64,000 bases of DNA, taken from NCBI GenBank assembly GCA_043228905.1, contig JBHGNT010000020.1, positions 9,486,001 through 9,550,000 on the forward strand, in the 5' to 3' direction. The notes beneath the pieces are model-generated. The model did not search any database and was not told the DNA's origin. It was given only the letters and a program-made list of their open reading frames with translations. The position numbers were made by a program, and so were the translations under genes. The stretch's first letter is position 1; every line of letters starts with the position of its first letter. This document shows, in pieces, positions 1 through 12,270 of this stretch. Origin of the DNA: Azolla caroliniana (lineage: Eukaryota > Plantae > Polypodiophyta).

Positions 1-3000
1 CATCCTCGAGTCGAGCAAAGTAAAGTTGGCTATGTACGCAAAGGGCCAGAAACTCGAAACCGACTTAAAATTGTGGCACAAGAGAATCGGCCACATCAAT
101 CCCCAGAAGCTTCAGAACATGCAGACAAAAGGAGTCGTAATCGGACTCTCGAACTTTACGGCAAAGGAGATCACGGGCCTGTGCGAAGCATGCCAATTCG
201 GAAAGCAACGCCGTCATCCATTCCCAAAAGAGCGGAATGTAAGCAAAGGGATCCTAGATCTCATACATTCAGTTGTGTGGGGACCAACCCAAACAACTAC
301 TTTCGGCGGATGTCGTTACTATGTCACGTTCATCGATGACTTCTCCAGAAATACCTGGATTTATCCGATGAAGCAAAATAGTGAAGTGTTCGGCCACTTC
401 CAGAAGTTCAAAGCCAAAGTGGAAAAAGCCACGGGATGGCATGTACGCTGCCTTCAATCAGATGGAGGCAAAGAATATTTTTCAGATGAGTTCTCGGCGT
501 ATCTCTGCAAGGAAGGAATCTGACGAGAATTCTCGTGTCAACATACACCTTAGCAAAACGACGTAGCTGAGCGTAAAAACCGCCACATAGTAGAAGTCGC
601 ACGAGCCATGATGAATGAGAAGAACCTACCGAAATCGTATTGGGCAGAAGCGGCAAACACGGCCGTATACCTCATGAATAGGTGCGCAACCTCAGGAGTA
701 CATGACATAACTCCTCATGAAAAGTTCTTTGGAAAGAAGCCGAACTTATCGCATGTCCGCATTTTCAGTTCTATTGCCTACGTACATATTCCCAACGATA
801 CGCGACAAAAGCTCGATCCGAAGTCGGAGAAATGTATCCTCGTAGGATACTCACTTGAACAGAAGGGGTACAAGTGCTACAACCCATCTAACCGAAAAGT
901 TCGCATCAGTTGAGACGTAGTCTTCGACGAGTCCGCATCCTGGTACGCACCAGAGAATACTTCGACTCCACTCAACGTGGATGACACTGAAATAGAAATA
1001 GACGTTGAGGATTGGCTCACACAGATGTTAGAAGACAACCCAATTACGACACAGCTAAGTGGGCCATCTGAGCCGCCGAGCGATGAAAGCACATCTCGGC
1101 CGAGTCCGAAACTGGACAAAGGCAAGGCAAAAATGCATGAGTATGAAGATCATTTTGATCTTGACAGTGAGTTCGATTGCCTTGATATCCACACGGACGG
1201 CGTGAAGAAACCCCTAGAATCCGCAAATGACAAGCCACACCGATTCACGCGTGAGAAGAACCTCGTAAACCGCTACGGCTACGACGAGTACATGGCGTAT
1301 CATTACACATTCATGATGAAGGTCGCGTCAATATGGGAACCGGAAACACTTTCCGAACCCGCAAAGGATCCACGATGGGTCAACGCAATGAATGAGGAGA
1401 TGGGAGCGTTATGCAAAAACGAGACATGGGATCTCGTTCCTCACCCCCCGAACAAGAAACCAATTGGTTGCAAGTGGATTTACAAGGTGAAGCACAATGC
1501 CGATGGTTCTGTAAATCGCTTCAAAGCACGGCTCATTGCAAAAGGCTACACACAGACACATGGCGTAGACTACGAAGAAACCTTTGCCCTGGTGGCAAAG
1601 ATGACGATAGTATGGACCGTAATCGCGCTAGCAGTAGCAAAAGGGTGGCACCTTCATCAGATGGATGTGAAAAATGCTTTCCTCCAAGGAGAGCTAGAAG
1701 AAGAGGTGTATATGACACAACCACCCGGATTCGAATTGCGTAATCATCCGCACGCCGTATGCCGACTCAAGAAGCCACTCTATGGCCTCAAACAAGCACC
1801 GCGTGCTTGGCACTCGAAGATCACGCAGTATCTTCACCAAGTCGGATTTCGGATGTCAAAATCCAATACATCTCTGTACATCCGAAATGAGTCGGATAGC
1901 CCGATAGTCATCATTCTATACGTGGATGACTTGGTTATCGGAGGAAAGGATCTCGCCGAGATTAATAGAGTTAAATCACTTCTTTCTTGCAGATTCGAAA
2001 TGAAGGACCTACACGAACTTCATTACTTTCTAGGTATTGAAGTAATTCGGACACCAGTTGGGATAATGATCTCACAACGGCACTACATTCTCAACTTACT
2101 CTACAAGTTCGGAATGACATAGTGCAAACCTGTGACTACCCCTCTTGAACGTAATCCCAAGATCGATGCCAGCTCTGGCACGGCCGCAAGTGAGTCGACT
2201 CAGTATCGTCAATTGATCGGTAGTCTAATCTACCTAACCATTATGCGACCCGACCTCAATTATTCGGTCCGCCTACTTAGCCAATTCATGCAGAATCCAA
2301 GAAACCTTCACCTCGATTGCGCTAAGAGGATACTATGTTATGTCAGCACAACAGTGGATTATGGCATCTTGTATAAGTCAAATACGACCATTCGACTTGA
2401 AGGGTACACAGACGCGGACTAGGTAGGATACAAAGCGGATAGACGATCCATATCCGGATTTGTCTTCTCCCTCGGCAGCGGAGTGATCTCTTGGAGTAGC
2501 AAGAAACAGCCGACAGTCGCACTGTCGGGCACGGAAGCCGAATACAGGGGCGCGACAGTTGCTGCATGCGAAGTTGTATGGCTTAAGCGTATACTAAAAG
2601 ATATGGGCATACCCATCAAAGATCCAATATGCTAGTATTGCGACAACATGAGTAGTATCTATCTCACGCGTAACCCCGTATTTCACACACGGACTAAACA
2701 CATCGAAGTGCACTACCACTTCATCCGCGAGCGTGTTCAGGGCGGAGAAATTGACCTCCAACACATCAACACGTACCTACAAGTCGCTGATATCTTTACA
2801 AAGGCCTTAGGCATCGACAAGCTCGGGCAATTTGCATTGGATCTTGGTCTCATGTCGTCCACATTGCCGAGCTTGAGGGGGAGTACGCAGACGCATCACG
2901 GATAGGCTATGCAATACACAACACAGCCGACTAGACAAGTCGAAGTACGAACTGAATGACTTTCCGACAGATGGAAGTTGTGTTCAAAGGGGCGTGTTGA

Positions 3001-3282
3001 GAATCGAACTCAACATCCCATAGATAGGTTTCACACTAGCTCATGGGCATTCCATGCTAGTTTTGTAAATAGTAGTAAGGGCGCTTGCCCTAGCTTAGTT
3101 GGTATATAAACCAACTCATTGTAACTTAGTTAATGTTGGATGTATGTTGTTTCGTTAACATAATATACGTTTTTGACTATCTCTGTCTCTGTCTCTGTCT
3201 CTGTCTCTCTGCTGTTACACATACACACACCTACGTTCACCTTCCGCTGCATTGCAATCACCATAGAATCCATTTCCTAACA
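1..3282 (+). mobile_element. Ty1/Copia LTR retrotransposon A, 3' part (GAG-pre-integrase, integrase, RT, RNase H, PPT, 3' LTR); 5' part outside window
   Basis: ORFs 26-2905 give LWHKRIGH..CEAC (integrase Zn finger), [40 protein letters not shown] with several in-frame stops; PPT aaaggggcg 2986-2994; LTR TGTTGAG...CCTAACA 2995-3282. Confidence 0.93.
2995..3282 (+). repeat. 3' LTR of Copia A
   Basis: TG..CA termini directly after PPT; TATA-like tatataaa ~3103; older Copia coding sequence resumes at 3283. Confidence 0.8.
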
Positions 3283-4097
3283 CTAACAACAATGCATTGG
3301 CTCACTCACTCGACAATAACTTTGATGGCTTTGATGTGCCTTTTATGAGGACACATGGTGTGCAAAAAGCCATTGCCACAACAAATGAAAAACTCCGTCC
3401 CTCCACACATGAGAAGAATCCAGTTAGTCGATTCGGCTATAACGAGTACATGGCATACCACTATGCCTTTATGATGAAGGTAGCAGTTGTTTGTGAATTG
3501 GAAAGCTTTACCGAAGCCGCTAAAGATTAGTGATGGGTCAAAGTGATGAATGAGGAGATGCAAGCTCTCTCTAAGAATGAGAAATGGGATCTCGTTCCCC
3601 ACTCACCTCACAAGAAGGCAGTCGGATATAGATGGATATTCAAGGTGAAGTATTGTAAAGAATCGGGTATGATTCTTGTGTAGCGGAAGAGTTATGTGTT
3701 ATGTGTATGTGTGAGAGGAAATAGAGAAGAGAAGAGAAGACACAAGATGGATAGGTAGAATGGAAAATAGAATACTCAAGAAGAAGAAGATGTATATTCA
3801 CAAGGAGAATATGAAATACAAAAATGTAGCATTACAAGGAGTCACAACCGACTTAGTATGAAGTATGAGGAGGGTGCTTTATATATAGTCACCCTCTCTC
3901 TTCATTAACTAACTACAACAACCACTCTCTCTTGGGGAATGTGAAGACTCATAGTCATGGGGAATATGTAACTCATTAGTTATGTGTCATAGAATATGAT
4001 TCTATGACACATAGTTAATGTGTAGAGAGTAGTGGTGTGACTCTTGACCTTTGAGTAATCATAGATTCTCAAAAGGTGTGTTCACACGTTGCATTAT

Positions 4098-4521
4098 TGT
4101 AAAAAGAACAACGTGCGGAAGCAACAGAAAACCGAACGTAGGAAAACATAGGTTTAATGGAGAGCTTAGACACACACAATACGTGGGAGAGACAGAGAGA
4201 GAGATGATACACACAACTCTATTTCAAAAATAATACTCAGCCTGTACATAGAATGTGCTTAGTGAGCACTTTTATACAAGTCCATACGGACTGACAGAAG
4301 TACTAACACGTACTTCAATGCTCATAACTGAGCTCTACACTAACTCCCAAAATGTATTCCTACGCGAAATATCTTCCCAACGGCCTCGTGGTTTACGCAC
4401 CGCCACGGCTTCTCGTTGCGCACCGGTTTGCGCACCGGTCCGGCCTAACCGATCGGTCCCAACCGATCTGGTTCTCAGCTTGCACAGCTGATCCGACCAA
4501 TGTTGAACTTGTATCTCAACA
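4098..4521 (-). repeat. 3' LTR of Copia C
   Basis: High similarity to 19014-19435; adjacent to PPT. Confidence 0.95.
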
Positions 4522-4590
4522 CTCCCCGTCAAGGTCAACTTGAGGTTCTTCCGGATCCCCGCTCCGGTTTCTTCTAGCTTCACGCCTCGC

Positions 4591-6081
4591 TCACGCTCCT
4601 CGACCTGTTCGATTCCGCGTGCCTCGACCCTTCTGGTCGGCTTGTGTGCTTGTGCAGCCCTTCTCAGCTCCATTGCTGTCGCGGTGTTGGCGCCTCTTCG
4701 GCTGCCCTTTCTTCCGCTTGGCCCTCGGTTGATTCGGTGTCTCCGAATCAAACATCCGAACCGAATTAGCTTCCTCCAATTGGTTTTTGCTCTCGTCCGA
4801 GTTGGATGTCTCCAACTCGTCTTTCGTCTTCTCGCCCTTTTTGGCTTCATCTCCCCCATGCTTGGCTAGCTTCGGCTCTTTCTTTCGGTTGCTGCCATCA
4901 CGTCCGCTTTCAGACTCTTTCACGGATCCGCCCTCGACATCTTCAACAGACCTGAAATCGAAATCGTCATTCGACTCAGCGTCACGGTTTCTTCCGCTCC
5001 TTTCCTGCTCCCTTCCGTGGTCTTCCGGGACTTCTCTCCCCCTCAAGTTCGGCACATCAAGGTGTCGCAACCCAAGCGCACCTGAGAATTGCCATAACTT
5101 GTCGAGACCAAGGGGATTGGTGAAAATGTCGGCGGTCTGCCGATCCGTTGGAACATACTGTTCGACTTCACCGGAGAGGACATGCTCACGGACAAAGTGG
5201 TAGTGCACCTCAATGTGCTTAGTTCGGGCATGGAAAACAGGGTTCTTCGCTAACTGGATGCTGTTGAGGTTGTTGTAGTAGATCGTCATCGAATCAGACA
5301 CCTCCACCTGCAAATCCTTAAGTAGTTGTTTCAGCCAGATGGCTTCGCATGTGGCGACAACCGCTCCTCTATACTCGTCTTCGGTGCTCGATAGTGCAAC
5401 CGTTGACTGCTTCTTGCTACTCCACGCAATCACGGCGCTCCCAAGAGAGAACGCAAATCCAGATGTGGATCGGCGATCACCGGCGTTTCCAGCCCAATCA
5501 GCATCGGTGTAACCGACTAATTGTGCGGCAGTATCGGTCTGATATAGAAGCCCCCGGTCCTTAGTGCCATTGACATACCAGAGTATGCGGTGTGCGCACT
5601 GAAGGTGTTCCTTGGTTGGCCGTGCCATGAACTGACTAATCATGCCGACTGGGTAATTGAGGTTTGGTCGAGTGATAGTCAAGTATATGAGGCTTTTGAC
5701 AATCTTTCGGAACCTCTTCGGGTCGCAAACTTTTCCGGAGTCGGGGCGAAGCTTGACGGTTCCATCTAGAGCAGTCGAGACAGACTTACAATCTGCCATC
5801 CCGAACTTGAAGAGCATACCCAAAATGTAATGCCGTTGGCTAATCAGTGTGCCTTCGGGGGTACGGATCACTTCGATCCCGAGGAAGTAATGAAGGTCCC
5901 CCAAGTCCTTCATGTCAAATGATGCCGCGAGCTGGAGCTTTACGCGGTCAATTTCACCTAGGTCAGTGCCGGTGATGACCAAGTCATCAACGTAAAGTAA
6001 AATACTAACCGGCCTTATTCGACCTTTCCGAATGAACAGTGAAGAGTTTGAATTGGATGTCGCAAATCCCATCCGATGCAA
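4591..6081 (-). pseudogene. Copia C RT C-terminus and RNase H with ~150-aa charged C-terminal extension
   Basis: [28 protein letters not shown], then frame stays open past VPNLRG to 4591. Confidence 0.85.
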
Positions 6082-9000
6082 TCATTGCGTGATTTTCGCG
6101 TTCCAAGCATGCGGGGCTTGCTTTCGTGTTCCAACCACGCGGGACCGTCGAAGTGTTCATTCCGGAGTGAAATCCGGGGGGTTGTACCATGTACACCTGT
6201 TCCTCAAGCGCGCCTTGCAGGAACGCATTCTTTACATCCATTTCATGTAAATGTCACCCCTTCGCCGCTGCTACGGCTAGTAGGACACACACGGTAGTCA
6301 TCTTCGCGATAGGCGCAAAGGTCTCGTCGTAGTCCACGTCATGCTTTTGCACGTAGCCTTTCGCTACTAACCGGGCCTTGTATCGGTTGACCGGGCCGTT
6401 GGTGTTGTACTTGACCTTGTATACCCACCTACATCCAATTGTCTTCACACCCTTTGGTGCATCAACTAGGTCCCAGGTTTCATTCTCCGCCAATGCGCAC
6501 ATCTCTTCCTCCATTGCGGCACACCAATTTGCGTCCTTTGCCGCTTTTGCGTAACTCTCCGGCTCACACACTTCTGCTACACGCGGCATGTACGCATAGT
6601 GATGCGCCATGTACTCGTTGTATTCGAACCGGACAACAGGGTTCTTCTGGCGGGTAGATCGGCGTAATTGCTCATCAGCCGATGTTGAGGCTTTCTTGGT
6701 TGAGGTGGACTTTGCTCTCAAAGGCCCGTCATCACTCTTCTCAGAGTCGGATGGATGTCGATCCGACTCGCCCTTATCCGTGCCGTACTCCGACATCTTC
6801 TTCTTCCCTTTTTCCTTGCGTGTAAACCTTCTCGTCGGCTTCCTACGCGGGGAATGCACGACCGAGTCTCCACTACTCGCCGGCTCTTCTCCGGCTTGGT
6901 CAAACCAACCTGGTCGCTCGTTCGGTCGACTTAGCCGAAATGAAATCGGACTCTCATTGAGGGTCTCGATTTCGCGGTCCTCCAAATGCATTTCAACCTC
7001 GCTGACCTCATCGTCAGAACTCGGGTCCAAAGGTCCAGAGTTGGAGTTGAGGTTCGGAGTTGGAGGCAAGTACTAGGATGCAGACTCGTCAAACACGACA
7101 TCGCGTCTCACGCGAGCTTGTTTGGTTCGGGGGTTATAACACTTATAACCCTTTTGTTCATCCAAATAGCCGACCAAGATACATTTCTCGGCTTTCGCGT
7201 CCAACTTCCTCCATTGCTCCTTCTGCACATGCACATACGCAATGCTACCAAAAACTCTCAAGTGTCGTAGATTCGGCTTTCTTCCGAAATGAAGCTCATG
7301 CGCCGACACTCTGTCTCCAATCCTATTCGGCCCAATAGAACTTGGGCAAGTTATTTTCTTCAAGCATTGCCCGCGCCGCTTCCACAACCGACCGATTTTT
7401 CCTTTCGGCTATGCCGTTTTGCTCCGGCGTATACCTGCAACTGAATTCGCGCCGAATTCCCATTTGTTGCAGATAACTGTTGAATTGGCCAGAAAAGTAC
7501 TCTTTTCCGCCATCCGACCGCAGGCACTTGATCTTTCTCCCTGTTTCCCTTTCTACGAAGCTTTTGAGGTCCCGAAAACAGTCGATACTTCACTCTTCTT
7601 TTCAATGAGATAGATCCACATGTGTCGCGTGTAGTTGTCGATGAAGGAGACAAAATATTGACTCCCGCCAAGACTAACGTTCGGTGTTGGCCCCCATACA
7701 TCCGAATGTATCAAGTCGAGCTTATTGCGACTCTGGTTAAGGTCGTTTGGGAAAGGAAGTTGGTGTTGCTTCCCTAGCTGGTAGGCTTCACAAATTTGGG
7801 CCTTCCGGCCACTAAATTTGGGCAATCCGAACACAACTTTTTTCGATTGCAAGTCCTGAAGCCTTTGATAGTTGACGTTGTCGTGAAGATTCCGGGCCAT
7901 CGGTAGAAAGAATGTGAAACGCGCGGGAGCACTCGTGCACACCCTTAGTGAATTAGATAGTGTAAGTACTAGGCATAGGAAAAAGGAGGCGTACTAGGGA
8001 GTTAAAGCATTAATAGGGATTTAGACATCGCGTAAGTAGGGAGAGTTACGAGGAGGGCAAATTAGGGGGGGAGAATTTAGGGAGTTAAAGCGACAAGGCC
8101 ATGAATGCTCTGTAACGGTTGCTCCTTGTGCTATAAAAGGGGCGACCCTCGACTGTTTTTGAGGATGTCAATTTTAGAGAGAGGAGAAAAGAAACAGAGA
8201 GAAAAGAAGACGAGGAGTCCTACGACGTGCCACCGGAAGGCGCTTACCTTGCTCGCGTCAGATGCTCGAGTGCTCTCGACCAGGGGATTGACCTTCTGTG
8301 TGCCCATTCATCTCCGTATCTAACTACTGTAGAGCCTACGCTCGAACACCGGCACTGATCCGGTTGTAATCACCCACAACACCACGCACATATATTGATT
8401 AATAGAAGCTTATCCACCGAACGCAAGTTATTCTTAGCATATCTGTCTACGCTTGTGTCTACGCACGTTCCTCTTACACTATCTCTCTCGTTTTGCTAAT
8501 CTTTCTGTTTAAACCGTGGTCTCAGGGCTGACGTAAACCACAAACTATTCCTCCTCACTTCTCGATTCCTTGGTTCAAGACCCTCGTGGTCCTGCCCAAC
8601 TTCTACGCATCTGCGAGGATTACCTCGACATATTTGGTGAACCCGACGTGAAGGGCGGCAAAGGAATCTGAAAATGAGAGGGAGCGAACTTGCAGAAGCA
8701 ATGGCGGTGGCGGTAGACCGCCTAGTTAGTGCTCGCGAGGGCGTGAGTGCCCTCGACAGGGCCATAGAAGCAACGGTCGACAAGATAGGCCGGTTCAGTG
8801 GAAAAGACGCCACGAGTTACTTAGAGGCCTACAAATATGAGATGTAGATGAGGAATATACCCGAGGATAGACAACTGACAGGGTTTTCCTGGGTCGTGAC
8901 ACCACACATCCATATAGAGATGACCGAAATACAAGCGGGTTGCCGTGATTGGGCGGAGTTCGCGGAGGAAGTTCTCGAAAGATACAGCTATGACGACTTG

Positions 9001-9533
9001 CTCTGGTTATTGAGAAAGGACTTTATGGATTGGGTCAACAACCCCGACAAGGGTCAAAACGCTTACGCGCTCCTCTAGGAGTTCGAGTCACGGTTCGTGC
9101 GGCTCTCTAGATTGGACCGAACCGTGCTCGAAACAAGCAAAGTTCTGTTTTTCGTTACGTCGTTTGACTCGCACGTCCGGGAAAGCATGGGTCTTCTTCT
9201 GGAAACCAACCGCGGTCTCACGATTGACTGGGCGACCGTCAAAGAAGTATGCAACAGGATTGACAAACGCCGAGATCGGAAAGAAAGGGAGTCCTCACGG
9301 GCCAGACCAGTTGTTGAAACTAGAGCCGAGCCGACACCGAGCCGACACCGACCCGAATGAAAGAAACGAGGAGGTGGCCTGAGCTAGGCCCACCCCCGAA
9401 AAACGTAGTCGCAGGGCCTGCAGGCGGCGTTGTCGTAGTGTATTTTGTACACTATGTGAAAAAGTAAAAATAATATAACCAATTTAATTACATATAAATA
9501 AATAAAATAAGAATATCAAAATATTTATCACGT

Positions 9534-9604
9534 GCATAGGGCAAGATTCAAACCCTGTACCTCCACGTAGCCAAACCTCAACTTTACCATTATGCTACCT
9601 TATC
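9534..9604 (-). promoter_or_regulatory. tRNA-like Pol III type-2 promoter cassette in E1 LTR (copy at 12374-12444)
   Basis: Minus strand A-box TAGCATAATGG (9597-9587) and B-box GGTTTGAATC (9554-9545), 44 nt from tRNA-equivalent T8 to G53. Confidence 0.6.
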
Positions 9605-10260
9605 TTTAATGTTCTACAAATAGATTTAATAACTATAAGTGCTTTATTTGCGCCTACCTTTATTAAAAGGTAAATCATGCATTTTTAGAGTGCGTGAATA
9701 TTTTATAGAAAAACGCAAGTAACTAAAAAGTGACTCATGCACATCTAGCGTGCATGAGCACTATATTTAGCAAATAAAAGCAAGGATTAGAAAAGCATCA
9801 CATGCACATTTAGTGTGCATGAACATATTAGAAAAAAAGAAGCATGTAGCTATGCTTAGTCTCTCCCATCACTACATAAGGATGGGGAGCACAATGTAAT
9901 AGGTGTGTGAAATATTTGGAAATTGGATATATTTCCGAAAACACCAACCGATTAATATAATCGTGGGATTCACGAAAATAATATAATCTATACTTGTGGG
10001 ATTCACAAGTTTCTTATATCTTTCTTTCAATCTAAATACATATTCTTATCTAAATATTGATTAATCGAATACAATACACTCGTGGGATTCACGAAATTTC
10101 TATCTCTCTTTCTAATAATCTATTCATTACTAGCCTCATCTCATATTCTTCTTTCTCCTAGTCCAAAACCTCAGTGGTTCCCACCCGACTCACGCAACGA
10201 TCCGGCGCCAAAAGGCACGACACATTTGGTGAACCCGACGTGAAGGCGGGTGGCAAGGAG

Positions 10261-12270
10261 ATGGAGAATCAACAAGAGGCGATGAACATGATGATGATGA
10301 TGGTTGAGCGGATGCAACAAGAACAACGCGCGATAACGGAGATGAAGGCAGCAGTAGAGCGGCTTGTGCGACGAAATGGGGAATTCAACGGAAATAATGT
10401 GTCACGCTATCTACGTGACTACAAAGGGGAGATGATGCAATGTGGGATACCGGAAGGATTGCAAGTGATATCCTTCAGTCGGGTAGCCACGGATGAGTTA
10501 CAAGAAAGAATCTACAAGATACGGCAACAAAATCCAACATGGGGGTCCTTTGAAGAAGCTTTACGAGAGGCATATGACTACGAGAGATCGAAGGGACGAG
10601 ATCGACGTGAGTTTGACGAATGGGTGGCATCGGAGAAGACCCACCGAAGTGCAACACAAGCATTCCTAGAGTTCAAGCATCATCTTGCTCGACTCTCGGA
10701 GCGGGAACAACGATTGGTGGGGGAGGATAAAGTCCTAATGTTCGTAAAATCGATCGATCGAAAAGAAAGGATGGACATCGGGATCGAACTCGAAGACGAT
10801 GACGGTACGAATGGTCTTACCGAAGATTGGGCCGAAGTCCAAAGGGTATGCCAGAGACATGATGAGAGGAAGATGAGAATCTTGTCAACGACATGGCCGA
10901 TGAAGGATGGTCGATTGAAGACAAACGATGGAGCCGATATGAAGGCCGAAATACAACATGATGGTGCGACGGAAGAGGGTGTAAAACAAGCTACCCTCTT
11001 GTCTTGCGAAAGAACAACAACGAAGGATAAGGCCGATAACCCAAGTGTAGAAGAAGATTTCAGAATACAAGTGTCTGAAACATCGGGTGAAAAAGGGGTA
11101 AGCATAATTGATGCAGTGAAAGAGAGCAAGGAGGACTTGATTGAGGAGGTCGCCACGAAAGATGACATCGAATCAAAGGTGGCTATGGACGAATCAACGA
11201 CGGATGGCCATATCGAGACTTCCCCACCACTGATTCCAAAGACTCCGACGGTTGCGTTCGAAAGGCAACGTGAGACCGAAGAGACGGAAGGTGGCGGAGA
11301 GAAAACAAAGGTCGAAGCCGATGCGTATGACGGAGAGATAGCCGAGAATATGGCTATGGGTGAAACAACGGAGGATGATAATACCGAGGATTCCTACCCA
11401 CTAATTCTAGAGACTTCGGCGGTTGTGTCTGAGAAACAATGTGAGACCGGAGAGACGGGAGGTGGCAGCAAGAAAGGTAAAGTCGGAAGCCGGTTCGGAT
11501 GGAAGGTGATCCGGACGGGATTCCGATCCGAAAGAAAGCCAAACCGGGTAAAAGAGGATTCGACCAAAAGTCGACCCGAAAGAAAGCCGAACCGAAAGGA
11601 AGAGAATTCGGCCGAAAGACGACACAAACGAAAGTTGAACCGGGCGAATGAGGATTCGGCCAAAAGACGACCCGAAAGAAAGCCGACCCGAAAAGGGGTC
11701 GACTCGGTCAAAACCGATCGACCGAGTCTGACTTGGCCGAACGCGAATATGGATGGAAGCCGACCTAGCCGAAAGCCGATCGGACGAGACCGATCCGGAA
11801 AGAAGCTAATCTGACTCAATCGGAGGTTGGACCGGTAGAGGCTGGTGAAAACGAGGAAAAGAAAGCCAACCGAAATCGAAACCGATAGATCGAAACCGGG
11901 CCAGAAGGAGACCGACTCAATCAAAACCGAACAACCGATTCCAATTCGGCCGAATACGAATCCGATCGGAAGCCGATCAAACCGAAAGTCGATTGGACGA
12001 GAGCGATCCGGAAAAAAGTCAAGGTTGATGAAGACAAGAAAGAGGCCAGTAAAAGACACTACCACAAATGACAAGGGCCAAGAATATGACGAGAGAGAAC
12101 AAAGAATATGGTGAATCGGATGGCGACAATGGTTCGGGTGGAAAGAATGGGTCTACTCAAAATGGAGAGACAAAGTTGACATAGCGGGACAAACGGAGGA
12201 TGAAGGGGAGACAACGAGCATCGGCAACTTCGGCACATACCGGAGGATGTGCGGGTTTGGAGGGGGCGAG
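10261..12270 (+). pseudogene. Gag-like ORF of E1 (Gag core + acidic region + Arg/Lys repeats + Trp-rich tail), broken by in-frame stops at 11812, 11836 and 12112
   Basis: Collinear with intact ORF 27529-29457; stops at 11812 and 12112 correspond to CGA and TGG codons in E2. Confidence 0.85.

Noticed and set aside
10174-10260. N-terminal extension of the E1 ORF from GTG 10174
   Set aside because: Runs through LTR U5 and the PBS; the ATG at 10261 matches E2's 27529.
10680-12074. Long antisense ORFs in E1 (and in E2 at 27846-28985)
   Set aside because: Ser/Phe-rich shadows of the purine-rich sense ORF; no recognisable domain.
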